Origin: a virus
Virus record (IMG/VR): IMGVR_UViG_3300012944_000012
Length of the DNA stretch: 43,534 nt
Reading direction: 5' to 3' (one strand)
The notes beneath the pieces were generated by a model. It searched no databases and had not been told where the DNA came from. It worked only from the letters and a program-made list of their open reading frames with translations. How positions within the stretch are numbered: the first letter of the stretch is position 1; every line of letters starts with the position of its first letter. Below are positions 1 to 8,769 of this stretch, one piece after another. Made by a program: the position numbers and the translations under genes.

Positions 1-123
1 AATACCAAGCTGCTATCGACGCGCTGGGGCTGACCCAAATCGGCGCGGCGCGGTTTCTCAAGATCGGCGAGCGAACCTCGCGCCGCTATGTCGCGGGCGG
101 TACCATCCCCTATGCCGTCGAAC
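1..123. repeat. Terminal direct repeat, identical to 43412..43534. Overlap of a circular or circularly permuted molecule with a 43,411-bp unit.
   Basis: Compared base by base; all 123 nt match. An ORF continues in frame across the junction. Confidence 0.95.
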
Positions 124-179
124 TGTTGTTCAAGCTGATGCTTGACCGTGGCATCATGCCGAAGGAAATCAGCAAATGA
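3..179 (+). CDS. 3-prime part of the junction-spanning small HTH protein. The full gene is 43372..43534 joined to 124..179 (72 aa).
   Basis: Frame is continuous with the ATG at 43372. Product [50 protein letters not shown]... has an XRE-like HTH. Its TGA (177..179) overlaps the recombinase ATG (ATGA). Confidence 0.7.
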   Translation, partial: YQAAIDALGLTQIGAARFLKIGERTSRRYVAGGTIPYAVELLFKLMLDRGIMPKEISK

Positions 180-817
180 CGAAACCGGCCATTGCCTACA
201 TCCGGGTTTCCAAAGCCAGCCAAGGCCGCTCCGGGCTTGGTCTGGAAGCGCAGCAATCCGCCATTGAGCGGTTTTGCGCGGCCGAGGGTTTCGAGGTGAC
301 GCGGCAATTTGTCGAGGTCGAAACCGGCAAGGGCGCGGACGCGCTGGAGCGCCGCCCGCAACTTGCCGCCGCTCTGGTGGCCGCGCGCAAAGCCCAAGGC
401 CCCGTGATCGTCGCGAAGCTGGATCGGCTATCGCGCGATGTCGCGTTCATTGCCGGCCTGATGGCGCAAAAGGTGCCGTTCATCGTCGCCGAGTTGGGCG
501 CGGACTGTGATCCGTTCATGCTGCATATCTATGCCGCGCTGGCCGAGAAAGAGCGCTGCATGATTTCGCAGCGGACCATTGCCGCGCTGGCCGCCGCCAA
601 GGCGCGCGGCAAGGTGCTGGGCAATGCCAAGCAAGCCGCCGCCAACCGCGACGACGCCGACGCGTTTGCTGAAAGCATCCGCGATCAGGTGATGCCGGTG
701 ATCAATCTGTCGTCGCGCCGCATCGCATCGTATTTGAACGATCAAGGTGTGATGTCGCCGACCGGCAAGCCGTGGCAGTCCGCCAATGTGTTGCGCTTGG
801 TCGAACGGCTGAAATAA
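176..817 (+). CDS. Small serine recombinase (resolvase/invertase type).
   Basis: N-terminal [10 protein letters not shown] catalytic-Ser motif, KLDRLSRD motif and a C-terminal HTH-like tail; 213 aa. Confidence 0.9.
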   Translation: MTKPAIAYIRVSKASQGRSGLGLEAQQSAIERFCAAEGFEVTRQFVEVETGKGADALERRPQLAAALVAARKAQGPVIVAKLDRLSRDVAFIAGLMAQKVPFIVAELGADCDPFMLHIYAALAEKERCMISQRTIAALAAAKARGKVLGNAKQAAANRDDADAFAESIRDQVMPVINLSSRRIASYLNDQGVMSPTGKPWQSANVLRLVERLK

Positions 818-821
818 AAAA

Positions 822-860
822 GGCCGGTTGCCTCCGCTTGGGATCAACCGGCCTTTGATT
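822..860 (+). terminator. Rho-independent terminator after the recombinase gene.
   Basis: GGCCGGTTG (822..830) pairs with CAACCGGCC (845..853), followed by TTTGATTT. Confidence 0.7.
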
Positions 861-1025
861 TGGATGATCCCCAAACCGTCCGCTGACCATCGCCGCCAAC
901 CGTCCCCGAGCGCGCGAGGGGCAAGGGGGCTTGTTTCCCGCCATCAGGAAAGATCGGCGCGCGCTTTCAGAGGATAGCGCGACAATGCGCCCGAACGCCC
1001 TTTTGTCAATCCCCAGATTTCTTGG

Positions 1026-1529
1026 TTACCGCCAGTTTTCCCAAAATGCCGCCAGCCGATACCCGGCATCGCGCAGGATTTCCAGCGCCGCCACCCGCGC
1101 CCGGTAGTTCGAGCGGAACCCGAGCGCATGGCCGACCGGCTCTAACTCGACTTCAAAACAGGCGACCCGATCCGCGACAAAGGCAGGACGCCTGCCCAAA
1201 TACAGCCGCGCCGCATGATAGGCCGCGCGGTGATCGGCTTGAGCTTCGCTCTTGGCGAGCCCGGACATCCGGCAAGGATCGAACGCCAAGATGCGATTGA
1301 GGTCGATGGAGTTCAAATGCCCCGCCAAGCCGCCAGCGAACCAGTGCAGCGCGTATTTTCTCAGGCCGCTAAATTCCTCGCCCGATATTTTTTGACGCGC
1401 CAGCGCCTTCGCCAAGGGCGCGTCGGTCATCTTGAAGCGATGACCGGACCGGCGGTCGCCGCCGATTTCGAAATGGCCGTGGGAGTGGCGCACGCGCTCC
1501 GGGGTTGGCCCGGCCGGTAATGGTCGCAT
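1026..1529 (-). CDS. Hypothetical protein; C-terminus weakly resembles a sigma-70 region-4-type HTH.
   Basis: 167-aa ORF. GGAGG lies 7 nt upstream of the ATG, inside a CAAGGGGAAAACCTTGGAGG leader. No family recognised with certainty. Confidence 0.55.
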   Translation of the reverse strand: MRPLPAGPTPERVRHSHGHFEIGGDRRSGHRFKMTDAPLAKALARQKISGEEFSGLRKYALHWFAGGLAGHLNSIDLNRILAFDPCRMSGLAKSEAQADHRAAYHAARLYLGRRPAFVADRVACFEVELEPVGHALGFRSNYRARVAALEILRDAGYRLAAFWENWR

Positions 1530-1811
1530 GGGGAAACCTCCAAGGTTTTCCCCTTGCCAAGCCGCTTCGCGCGCGCAGCAGCATTTGACCCGCGCCCGGT
1601 CGATGTCAATCCATTGGCAAGCCTCTTGCTACGCGCAGCAACAGAGAAGGTAGTAGTAATATCTTCTTAGGATAAAGGGGCTGCGCCAGTGGCTGCGCCA
1701 GTGGCTAGACAACTTGCACATAAAATCAATCGGTTGGGTTTTTGTAGACATGCATCCGCGCGTGCATCGAGGCGGCATGGATGCATGCATGGATGTCGGT
1801 GTGCTGCTGAC

Positions 1812-2105
1812 CTATTTCTGACGGCCTTCGGGCGGCGCGTTGTCGTTGGCCACGATTTTTTGAAGCTGATGGAGCCGGTGATGGCAGTCCCTGCATACCG
1901 CCATCAAATCCTCCAGCGGTTCGAAAAATGCATTGCGATAATGAAGGTGATGCGTGTCGTCGGCCGGATTGGTGCAGCGCATGCCGTTCCAGACCGCCTC
2001 GCATCGGTGTCCGGCGCGGGCCTTGGCTTGCTTGGATTTGGCTTTCCAAATGTCGCTGCGAAGATATCCGTCATAGGATTCTTCGCGATAGAGTTGGTCG
2101 CTCAT
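1812..2105 (-). CDS. HNH endonuclease-like protein.
   Basis: Start moved to MSDQLY, which has a GGAGG RBS. Motifs HRCE...HHLHY...CRDCHHRLH. Confidence 0.75.
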   Translation of the reverse strand: MSDQLYREESYDGYLRSDIWKAKSKQAKARAGHRCEAVWNGMRCTNPADDTHHLHYRNAFFEPLEDLMAVCRDCHHRLHQLQKIVANDNAPPEGRQK

Positions 2106-2211
2106 TTGCAGTCCTCCAATTTTCAGAGGACAACAACCAATGCGCACAAAATTAATCTGTCAAACAAGTCGCGGCGTTTGCCGAAGGTCGGTCTTGTGCC
2201 ATTATCCCTAT

Positions 2212-2490
2212 CTATTTGGTAATTAAACGATGCAATAAAATTTTTGTGATGATCTTGTGGGGATATTTTTGGGAAGGTTTCAGCCGCCAGAGCATGTTGC
2301 TGCGCCAGCCTTTGCCAACAGGATCAGCGACCGCAGCAGCCGCGCGCCGAACGTGACGACATTGATCGATGCGAACCAATCCAGCCCGGCGCGGATAGCA
2401 CCACGCGATCAATTCGCCCGTGGTCAGCAGCGCGCCCGGCGGCTTGGCGAGGAAAGCGCGGTAGATTTGGCGCTGGAGACGACCAGCCAT
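2212..2490 (-). CDS. Hypothetical protein.
   Basis: 92-aa ORF in the minus-strand operon. Its C-terminal tail runs into an AT-rich tract. Confidence 0.5.
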   Translation of the reverse strand: MAGRLQRQIYRAFLAKPPGALLTTGELIAWCYPRRAGLVRIDQCRHVRRAAAAVADPVGKGWRSNMLWRLKPSQKYPHKIITKILLHRLITK

Positions 2491-2501
2491 TGCTTTACCT
2501 C

Positions 2502-2819
2502 TTATTTTTTGCGCGGTTTGCGCGCGTTGCCGCGCTGGCGCGAACGCATTTCAGTCTGGTAAATCAGTTCGCGGCGGATCATCGGATGCATCCAGTCCGG
2601 CGCATAATCGAACAGCCGCGCCACATCAACCTTGATCCGCTTCCATGTCCGGGGATCACACTGCGCCTTGCGCGCCAGCCCGGCATCGGTTTTTGGAAGT
2701 TCATGCTCAATGGCAAGTGCGTGGAACAAACAAATGAAGGCGTCGCGGGTTTCACGATCCAATGGCCGCAAACGCTCCCACATTTCCACGACATCATAGC
2801 GCATGTAGGAAAACAGCAT
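2502..2819 (-). CDS. Hypothetical protein, possibly DUF1376/YdaU-like (replication-associated).
   Basis: 105 aa. The resemblance to the DUF1376 N-terminal pattern (W..L.....R.AF..L) is recalled by eye only. Confidence 0.5.
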   Translation of the reverse strand: MLFSYMRYDVVEMWERLRPLDRETRDAFICLFHALAIEHELPKTDAGLARKAQCDPRTWKRIKVDVARLFDYAPDWMHPMIRRELIYQTEMRSRQRGNARKPRKK

Positions 2820-2822
2820 GCG

Positions 2823-3146
2823 TCACCGCCGGTCTGGCGGCACCAGCCGGTAGCGATAGAGCCCTCCCGTCAGGCGCTGACGTTCAACCAGACGTGCGCC
2901 ATATTTCGGTTTGCGAAAATCCCGCAGCCGCGCCGAGACGCTGGCTTCGGTGCCGCCGGTGGCGCGCGCAATCTCGGCAAGGGTGTGGAATTGACCGTCC
3001 CCCATCAACACCGCGACGCGCTCTAGCTGGCCGCGCAACCGCACATAATCGTGCGGTGCTTGATAGGTGCTGCCGTCAAACGCACGCACGGGCAGTGGTC
3101 GATAGGGCACGTCGCCGAGCTTGTCTTTCATGCCGCCCATCGTCAC
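2823..3146 (-). CDS. Winged-helix DNA-binding protein (putative).
   Basis: 107 aa. The segment FHTLAEIARATGGTEASVSARLRDFRK...YRYRL looks like a wHTH. Confidence 0.55.
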   Translation of the reverse strand: MTMGGMKDKLGDVPYRPLPVRAFDGSTYQAPHDYVRLRGQLERVAVLMGDGQFHTLAEIARATGGTEASVSARLRDFRKPKYGARLVERQRLTGGLYRYRLVPPDRR

Positions 3147-3331
3147 GCCTCATTATCGACCACGCGAACCCAACTGTATTTGCAAATCGTCTTGCCGCTG
3201 CCGAGCTTCAACCGCTTGGCATAGAGCGCGCTCATGGTTGGTTTGGGATTGCTTTCAACCTGGCACAGTTCAACATCGTGATCGCTGCCATACTCGCGAA
3301 CCCAAATCGAGTAGCGCTTTTTTCCGCTCAT
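3143..3331 (-). CDS. Hypothetical small protein.
   Basis: Start at MSGKKRYSIW, overlapping the upstream stop (ATGA coupling). Confidence 0.5.
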   Translation of the reverse strand: MSGKKRYSIWVREYGSDHDVELCQVESNPKPTMSALYAKRLKLGSGKTICKYSWVRVVDNEA

Positions 3332-3630
3332 GGCCGCCTCGCGTAGTGCATCGCCAACGCGAACGGATCGATGCCGTAGCAGCGCCAGAACAGCATTTCG
3401 TTCATGGCGTGCTGCTGGCGATGGTGCGTGCCGCATAGCGGCACCGCCCATTGATCGGAGGGCCGTTCGCCGCCGCCAGTGTCGCGCTTGTCGTCATTGA
3501 TGGAACCGACGCGCAAGTGTGCCGCCTCGACCGAGGTATTGTCGCCGCAGATGCAGCATGGCAGCGTCCGGATATGGCGCAGATAGTTTTCGTCGCGCTG
3601 GCGTGGTTGCCGCTGGCGTAGCTCAGCCAT
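3328..3630 (-). CDS. DUF968/HNH-like zinc-binding nuclease (putative).
   Basis: LPCCICG...EAAHLR...PLCGTHHRQQH pattern; 100 aa. Confidence 0.65.
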   Translation of the reverse strand: MAELRQRQPRQRDENYLRHIRTLPCCICGDNTSVEAAHLRVGSINDDKRDTGGGERPSDQWAVPLCGTHHRQQHAMNEMLFWRCYGIDPFALAMHYARRP

Positions 3631-4090
3631 CGCGCGCCCTCCATGCCTGAAAATGATTATCGGTTTCCTGCCACATCTGGCGCGCTTCGCTATGCAGCGG
3701 CTTGCTCAAATCCGAGCGCGAGGTCACGCCGCAGATTTCGCGGACGCATTGCGCCGCCAGTTGCTCGTTGTGGATTTCGGGAAAGTGCAGTTCTTCGGCG
3801 AGGAACGCCCAAAACAGCGGGTCTTGGCAGCGCATGCCCGCTTGTTTGGTCGGCCCGAGTTCGCGCCAGTGCTGCCGTGCGGCGTTGTGCTTCGGGGTTT
3901 CGTCGTCGTTGATTTCGACCAGCGCGCACTGATAGCGCGTGCCCATCGGGGCTTGCGCTATCCGCGTGTCCATATCGACGGCCGCGATGACGAGGTGCAA
4001 AACCCAATCGCCGGACTGCCGTTGCCGCAAGCCGTCTTTTTTGGCTTCAAGCGGGATCGCGTTCGCGCGCGCCTGATCCGCTTCGTTCAT
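3623..4090 (-). CDS. Hypothetical protein.
   Basis: Start chosen at MNEADQ; the longer ORF runs up to 4195. High third-position GC downstream of this start. Confidence 0.55.
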   Translation of the reverse strand: MNEADQARANAIPLEAKKDGLRQRQSGDWVLHLVIAAVDMDTRIAQAPMGTRYQCALVEINDDETPKHNAARQHWRELGPTKQAGMRCQDPLFWAFLAEELHFPEIHNEQLAAQCVREICGVTSRSDLSKPLHSEARQMWQETDNHFQAWRARDG

Positions 4091-4268
4091 CGCCGCCGTC
4101 CGGTTGTCCGGCCTGACGCTGGCCGAGGGGGCGCGCGGTGATTTCGGCGCGGATCGGCGACGGCCGCCAGCCCGCGATTTCATAATGCTCGCCATGGATG
4201 ACGAGGTAACCCGAGATTTCCGGCTGCTCCTTGGAGAAGAACAGAGCGCCGGTTATTTCCTTGCTCAT
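4047..4268 (-). CDS. Hypothetical small protein.
   Basis: MSKEITGALFFSKEQPEISGYLVIHGEHYEIAGW.... Its start overlaps the stop of the annealase gene. The tail overlaps the next gene. Confidence 0.45.
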   Translation of the reverse strand: MSKEITGALFFSKEQPEISGYLVIHGEHYEIAGWRPSPIRAEITARPLGQRQAGQPDGGDERSGSGARERDPA

Positions 4269-4945
4269 GCTGCTTGTGCCGTTCGCTTCTGGATGGTTGA
4301 TAGAACATGGTCCCGCATCGCGCCCGGTAGATCGATGATCAGCGCGTGGTTGGCGTCCGCATAGGCCGCAACTTCACTTGGCGCAATGCTGTTGATGGTG
4401 CCGATCAGCAGGCGATAGGCTTGCCGGTAGGCATGCACGCCGACCACCGGCTGTATCTTGGCGGCATAGGTTTGATACAGCGCATCGAGCCGCCGCTGTT
4501 CGGGCTCCGGGATCATGCTGGATTTGCCGCGCTGCTCCAGCACGATCCACGGCGCTTTGATTTCATAGAGGTAGCGGCCGATCCCCCATCGGACTCCGGC
4601 GCGCTTGAACGCGTCTGACAACGCGCCCTTGTCCGCTTCCATGTCGGTCGCGCCCGCGCCGTCCGCCTTCCAAAGCCACTCGTCGCCGATCTTGACGCCG
4701 ATGTTGCAGACAATCGAGGTGCCCATGCCCGGCGTATAGGTGTCCTGCCAGCACTCCGGACCGCACACGCTATCCAGCCGGTCCATCACGGCGCGGGTAT
4801 CGATGTAGCATAGCGGCTGACCGCGCAGCGGTTGATCGGCCAGTTTGGATTTTTCGTTGGTCGGCCCGACCCGCCATGACACTTCCTCGACCGGGAACGG
4901 GGCCGATAGCGCGTCAAATAGGTCTTGTACGCTGTCCCAGTTCAT
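4265..4945 (-). CDS. Rad52/Rad22-type single-strand annealing protein.
   Basis: SDAFKRAGVRWGIGRYLY motif is typical of the Rad52/22 family; 226 aa. Confidence 0.85.
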   Translation of the reverse strand: MNWDSVQDLFDALSAPFPVEEVSWRVGPTNEKSKLADQPLRGQPLCYIDTRAVMDRLDSVCGPECWQDTYTPGMGTSIVCNIGVKIGDEWLWKADGAGATDMEADKGALSDAFKRAGVRWGIGRYLYEIKAPWIVLEQRGKSSMIPEPEQRRLDALYQTYAAKIQPVVGVHAYRQAYRLLIGTINSIAPSEVAAYADANHALIIDLPGAMRDHVLSTIQKRTAQAA

Positions 4946-5454
4946 CGCACATGCACCGCCAGCACCGGCTCACTGTTGGACAGAAAATAGCCCGGCACTT
5001 GCTGCCCGTTGAGCAGCGCGGTGCGGATTTTGGCCCGGTCCACCTCGCGCATGATCCGGCAAAACTCGTCGGGCAGCTTGTCGGGATCGAGGTCGCCGAC
5101 AATCTGCGGCGTGCCCGCCCTGATCGAAAGCGTGCCTTCCGGCAGTTCGATCTTGCGCAAGTCGGCTTGGTGCAGGATTTGCAGGATCATCGCCCGCAGA
5201 AATTCGATCCGCATCTTGAAGCGGGTTTGCCGCGCCTTCAGTTCCTCCAGCCGCTGTTCCGTGCCGTCGCGCAGCGCCTTGGCGTCCTCCGTGGCGCGCA
5301 GGATCGCGGTCAGCAGTTCCTTGATGTTGGTGGCCCCCTCTAGCGTATCGACGCGCAGCATCTCGTCGTCGCCGACCAGTTCGGGAAACTGCAAATAGAG
5401 GTTGGCAATCTGTTGCCGCAGCCGTTCGGCGTCCTGTTTAAGCATGTTTGCCAT
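4942..5454 (-). CDS. Siphovirus Gp157-like protein (putative).
   Basis: Coiled-coil N-terminus followed by a KIELPEGTLSIR segment, adjacent to the annealase. Start at MANMLKQ. Confidence 0.6.
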   Translation of the reverse strand: MANMLKQDAERLRQQIANLYLQFPELVGDDEMLRVDTLEGATNIKELLTAILRATEDAKALRDGTEQRLEELKARQTRFKMRIEFLRAMILQILHQADLRKIELPEGTLSIRAGTPQIVGDLDPDKLPDEFCRIMREVDRAKIRTALLNGQQVPGYFLSNSEPVLAVHVR

Positions 5455-5626
5455 CCGCCCTGTCGAGAAGCCGTGACAGTCCATCGCGCGCCGCTTCTAT
5501 TTCGCAGTAGGCCGATTTGGTTTGCGCCAGCGTCAGTCCTTGGCCGAGTGCGGCGACATCGGTCATGATCCGGATCAACCGTCTTTGCGTGACATCCGGC
5601 AGTTCACTATGGACAAGTTCAGGCAT
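5438..5626 (-). CDS. Hypothetical small protein.
   Basis: Start at MPELVH, overlapping the upstream stop by 8 nt. Confidence 0.45.
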   Translation of the reverse strand: MPELVHSELPDVTQRRLIRIMTDVAALGQGLTLAQTKSAYCEIEAARDGLSRLLDRADGKHA

Positions 5627-5846
5627 CGATTTTCTTGCCCCGATAGATGGCTTGCGCAAGATGGATTTTTTCCAGCGCCGCGATCAGGATTTGCTCGATA
5701 TGCTCCAGATCGCCGGCCGCGAGGCTTTCAAAGTTCGGCCGCAGAAACATTTGCTCCGCATGGCGCGCGCACATATCGGCCCCGGCCGCGATGCCGTGCA
5801 GATGCGGCTTTACCTTGGCATCCCACTGGTCCAGCGGCAGGCTCAT
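5619..5846 (-). CDS. Hypothetical protein.
   Basis: Start at MSLPLDQW, with ATGA overlap on the upstream gene. Confidence 0.5.
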   Translation of the reverse strand: MSLPLDQWDAKVKPHLHGIAAGADMCARHAEQMFLRPNFESLAAGDLEHIEQILIAALEKIHLAQAIYRGKKIDA

Positions 5847-6277
5847 GACGGCCCCTTGCGCAGCGCCACCTTTTCCGCGATCCACGACCGCAGCACGTCG
5901 ATGTCGTCGCGCAGGATTTCATCTTTGCGTAAGCGCGCCGCGATCCGCATGAAGCCAGTATAGATCGTGGAGTGATCGCGCTCGCCCATCCGGATTGCCA
6001 TGTTGCCAAAGGTCAGCCGGGTCAGCTTGCGGCCGAGGTAATAGACCACCAGCCGGGGATGGGCATGGACAATCCGGTGCGAGTGCGACATCAGATCGAC
6101 CGGGTTGATGTCGTAAAACTCACACACCGCCGAGATAATTTCTTGCAGCGTGGGGCGGTTTTCGGACATGAAGCCGGTCAGCTTTTCCAGGACCTCGCCG
6201 TGTTGGTCGATGGTTTGCTGCATCGTTCGAAGCATCGCCCAAAGATCATGCGGCCGAGCGCCATCGGTCAGGGACAT
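5843..6277 (-). CDS. DnaA C-terminal (domain IV) HTH-only protein.
   Basis: HPRLVVYYLGRKLTRLTFGNMAIRMGERDHSTIYTGFMRIAARLRKDE matches the DnaA domain IV pattern (R..AMYL.R.LT..S...IG..FG.RDHTTV). No AAA+ part is present. Confidence 0.75.
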   Translation of the reverse strand: MSLTDGARPHDLWAMLRTMQQTIDQHGEVLEKLTGFMSENRPTLQEIISAVCEFYDINPVDLMSHSHRIVHAHPRLVVYYLGRKLTRLTFGNMAIRMGERDHSTIYTGFMRIAARLRKDEILRDDIDVLRSWIAEKVALRKGPS

Positions 6278-6305
6278 GACAGATACCCCTTGCCGCGCCC
6301 GGATG

Positions 6306-6542
6306 TTAAGCCGCGCGCTTGTTCGGTTTTTCGAAGCCCCGCATTTTCCAGAGGTGGGGAGGTGCACTGTAGCCACGCCGCCGCAATTCGCGCTCCATGA
6401 CGGCATAGGTATCGGAGGGGAACGCCTCGAAATACCCGTGCCAGTTCCAGACCGCCTTGGGCTTGGCGTGCGTCAGTTCGGCAACTTTTTCGTCACCGCC
6501 GAGGGCATCGATCACCTCTGTCACGCTGGTCAGCCTACGCAT
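6306..6542 (-). CDS. Cro-like small DNA-binding regulator (putative).
   Basis: 78 aa, first gene of the minus-strand early operon, divergent from an XRE repressor gene. Confidence 0.6.
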   Translation of the reverse strand: MRRLTSVTEVIDALGGDEKVAELTHAKPKAVWNWHGYFEAFPSDTYAVMERELRRRGYSAPPHLWKMRGFEKPNKRAA

Positions 6543-6669
6543 GGCCGCTAGCCTACCTCCAAAATTCTTGGGGGTGCAAGGGAAATTTTTGGGAGGATTT
6601 CGATAGGCTCTAACCGCCTAGTCCATTTTTAGACTTTCCAAGTATTTTGGTTTGTGCAATTTTGGCGGG
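6543..6669. promoter_or_regulatory. Divergent immunity-switch region with box B palindromes.
   Basis: CCAAAATTCTTGG at 6559..6571, CCAAGTATTTTGG at 6638..6650, and a degenerate GGAAATTTTTGGG at 6581..6593. Confidence 0.6.
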
Positions 6670-7002
6670 ATGGAGATCGAGCCAATCAACGCTGACGAAA
6701 GTAAATTGATCGCCCGCCGCCTGAGAGTGATCCGCACCTTGGTCAGCGGAGAGAACCAAGCGGCGTTTGCGCGGATGCTTGGCATCTTCCCCAACCGCTG
6801 GAACAACTTTGAGCGCGGCTCGCCGCTGACGCTGCGGGTGGCCTTCCTATTGGTCAAGACCGTTGACGGATTGTCCGTGAGCTATATTACCCACGGAAAG
6901 ACCGGCGACCTTCCCAAGGAGCTACGCCGTCAACTGGCGGCCTTGGAAGCCGAGCTATTTCCGCTTTCCTCGTCAAGGTCCAAGCGGTCGCCAAAGACGT
7001 AA
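6670..7002 (+). CDS. XRE-family HTH repressor (CI-like, putative).
   Basis: LIARRLRVIRTLVSGENQAAFARMLGIFPNRWNNFERG is a classic XRE HTH. Divergent from the Cro-like gene. Confidence 0.7.
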   Translation: MEIEPINADESKLIARRLRVIRTLVSGENQAAFARMLGIFPNRWNNFERGSPLTLRVAFLLVKTVDGLSVSYITHGKTGDLPKELRRQLAALEAELFPLSSSRSKRSPKT

Positions 7003-7112
7003 TCGAGCAGCCGGTGCACCTCATCGAGCACCGCTTCCGCATCTTCCCTTTTGGAAAGCGGAAGTTCTACAAATACGCTAAGCGCGCAAATCCGCCGCTC
7101 GATCCCGTTCAT
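6930..7112 (-). CDS. Possible small ORF convergent with the repressor gene.
   Basis: MNGIERRICALSVFVELPLSKREDAEAVLDEVHRLLDYVFGD.... Protein-like but unsupported otherwise; overlaps the repressor 3-prime end. Confidence 0.25.
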   Translation of the reverse strand: MNGIERRICALSVFVELPLSKREDAEAVLDEVHRLLDYVFGDRLDLDEESGNSSASKAAS

Positions 7113-7305
7113 TGGCTTGGCCCTCACACGTCAAGGTTTCCCGCCCCTTTCCCTGCCTGCTACGCTACGCCTGACCGATCCGTCCGGCCACCAAAAATTG
7201 AAAAAATCTGCCGGGAATTATTTTGCCCCAAAATTGTTTCCCGGTCTTGCGTGACCAAATTTTTTGGGTGTAGGCTGGCCCGGTTCGCGCAAGGAGGAAG
7301 CCGCC

Positions 7306-7608
7306 ATGCACGCGACCGTGATCCCGACCAATGATTTCACCTCGCCGCAACCGCTGAAACCGCCCGCCTATGGTGGCCCGGTCCGCGAGGCCATCGGCAG
7401 CGTTGTCGATAACATCGTCGATGACCTGTGCCGCAAGCTCAATACGGTGCGCGCCACGCTCGACAAGATCGAGCAGCAGGCGTTGCAAAGCGCCGCCGAC
7501 GCCAAGGGCACGCTAAGCGATCACGTCGCGGTCTGCGTCAAGCTCAATGACGAAATCCTGCGCATGCAGGCCATGGTCGCCGAATTGCATCAGCAGATGG
7601 GGGAGTGA
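7306..7608 (+). CDS. Hypothetical protein.
   Basis: ATG preceded by the GCAAGGAGGAAG leader, with a box B copy (7255..7267) upstream. Confidence 0.6.
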   Translation: MHATVIPTNDFTSPQPLKPPAYGGPVREAIGSVVDNIVDDLCRKLNTVRATLDKIEQQALQSAADAKGTLSDHVAVCVKLNDEILRMQAMVAELHQQMGE

Positions 7609-7610
7609 CC

Positions 7611-7883
7611 ATGCCCCGCCATGCCTATACCGACCACGAAAAACTGCGCTGCGTCGAACGCGAACTGAAATTCCGCAATCACACCTATCCGCGACGAGTG
7701 GTCGCAGGGCGGATGACGCAACAGCAGGCCGACCGCGAAATCTACCTGATGGAAGATATCGCCGCCGACTACACCGCCAAGGTTCGCGCCGATGAACCCG
7801 GCTTGTTTGAGCCGCGCTCCAAGGCGGACCGGATCGATTATGAACGCGATCACAAAAGGGCGCTGCGCAATGAGGAAGGATAG
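7611..7883 (+). CDS. Hypothetical protein.
   Basis: MPRHAYTDHEKLRCVEREL...; a GGGGAG RBS lies 6 nt upstream. Confidence 0.6.
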   Translation: MPRHAYTDHEKLRCVERELKFRNHTYPRRVVAGRMTQQQADREIYLMEDIAADYTAKVRADEPGLFEPRSKADRIDYERDHKRALRNEEG

Positions 7884-8085
7884 AAAGGTGCTGCGGATTG
7901 CCTACGGCAAAACCGCGTTGGGCCAACTGATTTTCGACTTGGGATTTACCCGGCTACAGGAACGCTATCTTGCCCGCAAGCATGCCGCACCCATCGCCGA
8001 CATCCGCCGGCTGCGCAAGATCGTTCGCAAGGGGTTGCGCGATGGCCGCCAAGAAAATCGAGAACGTCACAGCCGACGAGCTTGA
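7870..8085 (+). CDS. Hypothetical small basic protein.
   Basis: Start at MRKDRKVL overlaps the end of the previous gene. Confidence 0.45.
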   Translation: MRKDRKVLRIAYGKTALGQLIFDLGFTRLQERYLARKHAAPIADIRRLRKIVRKGLRDGRQENRERHSRRA

Positions 8086-8278
8086 TCGCGTGCTGGGCGC
8101 GGCCCGCCAAGCCAGCGACGAGCTATCCGAAATCGTGGTCCGGATCGGCGCGGGATACGGCGATCAGCTTGACGAACCGCTGCGCTATGCCGCGCAATGC
8201 CTTGCCATGCTCCAGCGTCTTGCCGTCGCCACCTCGCATTTTGTCGCGCGGGCGCGGCGGGATAAAGCCTCCAAATAA
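8042..8278 (+). CDS. Hypothetical protein.
   Basis: Start at MAAKKIENVTADEL; good third-position GC. Confidence 0.5.
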   Translation: MAAKKIENVTADELDRVLGAARQASDELSEIVVRIGAGYGDQLDEPLRYAAQCLAMLQRLAVATSHFVARARRDKASK

Positions 8279-8313
8279 TTTGGACATGGGGACAATTCGG
8301 AGGTAACCTCTCT

Positions 8314-8769
8314 ATGCCGATCATCGATCCAAGGGACTTTGAAACGCCAGCCCTGCCGGAAGTGGTTTTGGCAGCGTTCCGGAGCGTGCCGTACATCACG
8401 TTTCCGGGGCTGGCGCGGTTGCTCAACATGCACAAGCGAACGCTCGCCAAGCATGTTGGAAAAACCGATAGGTTGCCGTGGCGGCAAAAGGGAACGGGTC
8501 CGAAAAAGCCCCACCGGGTTTTCACCCTGTCCGATGTCGCGATGATTTGGCATGGCATGACCAAACAGGGGGACCAATGTCAAAATCAGACCTCATCGGC
8601 AAGCGCGTCAAGCGATCCAGAGAAACCTCGCCGTTCATCTATCGTTTTTCTATCGACGGTCACAAATTCCAAGGCACCACCGGCACCACCGACAAGGTCA
8701 CGGCCGAAGCCTATGCCGAGAAAAAGTTCCAAGAGGCGAGCGCCATCGCCGCCAAGGAGCGCCAGCTAA
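8314..8769 (+). CDS. HTH protein, excisionase-like (putative).
   Basis: FPGLARLLNMHKRTLAKHV...VFTLSDVAMIW. The ORF has no stop until 8769, so its low-complexity tail overlaps int by 193 nt. Confidence 0.45.
   Translation: MPIIDPRDFETPALPEVVLAAFRSVPYITFPGLARLLNMHKRTLAKHVGKTDRLPWRQKGTGPKKPHRVFTLSDVAMIWHGMTKQGDQCQNQTSSASASSDPEKPRRSSIVFLSTVTNSKAPPAPPTRSRPKPMPRKSSKRRAPSPPRSAS

Noticed and set aside
1-123. The terminal repeat as an IS or transposon end, or as genuine duplicated genes.
   Set aside because: The repeat is direct, lies exactly at both contig ends, and interrupts nothing. The ORF is continuous across the join. This is the signature of a circular-assembly overlap.
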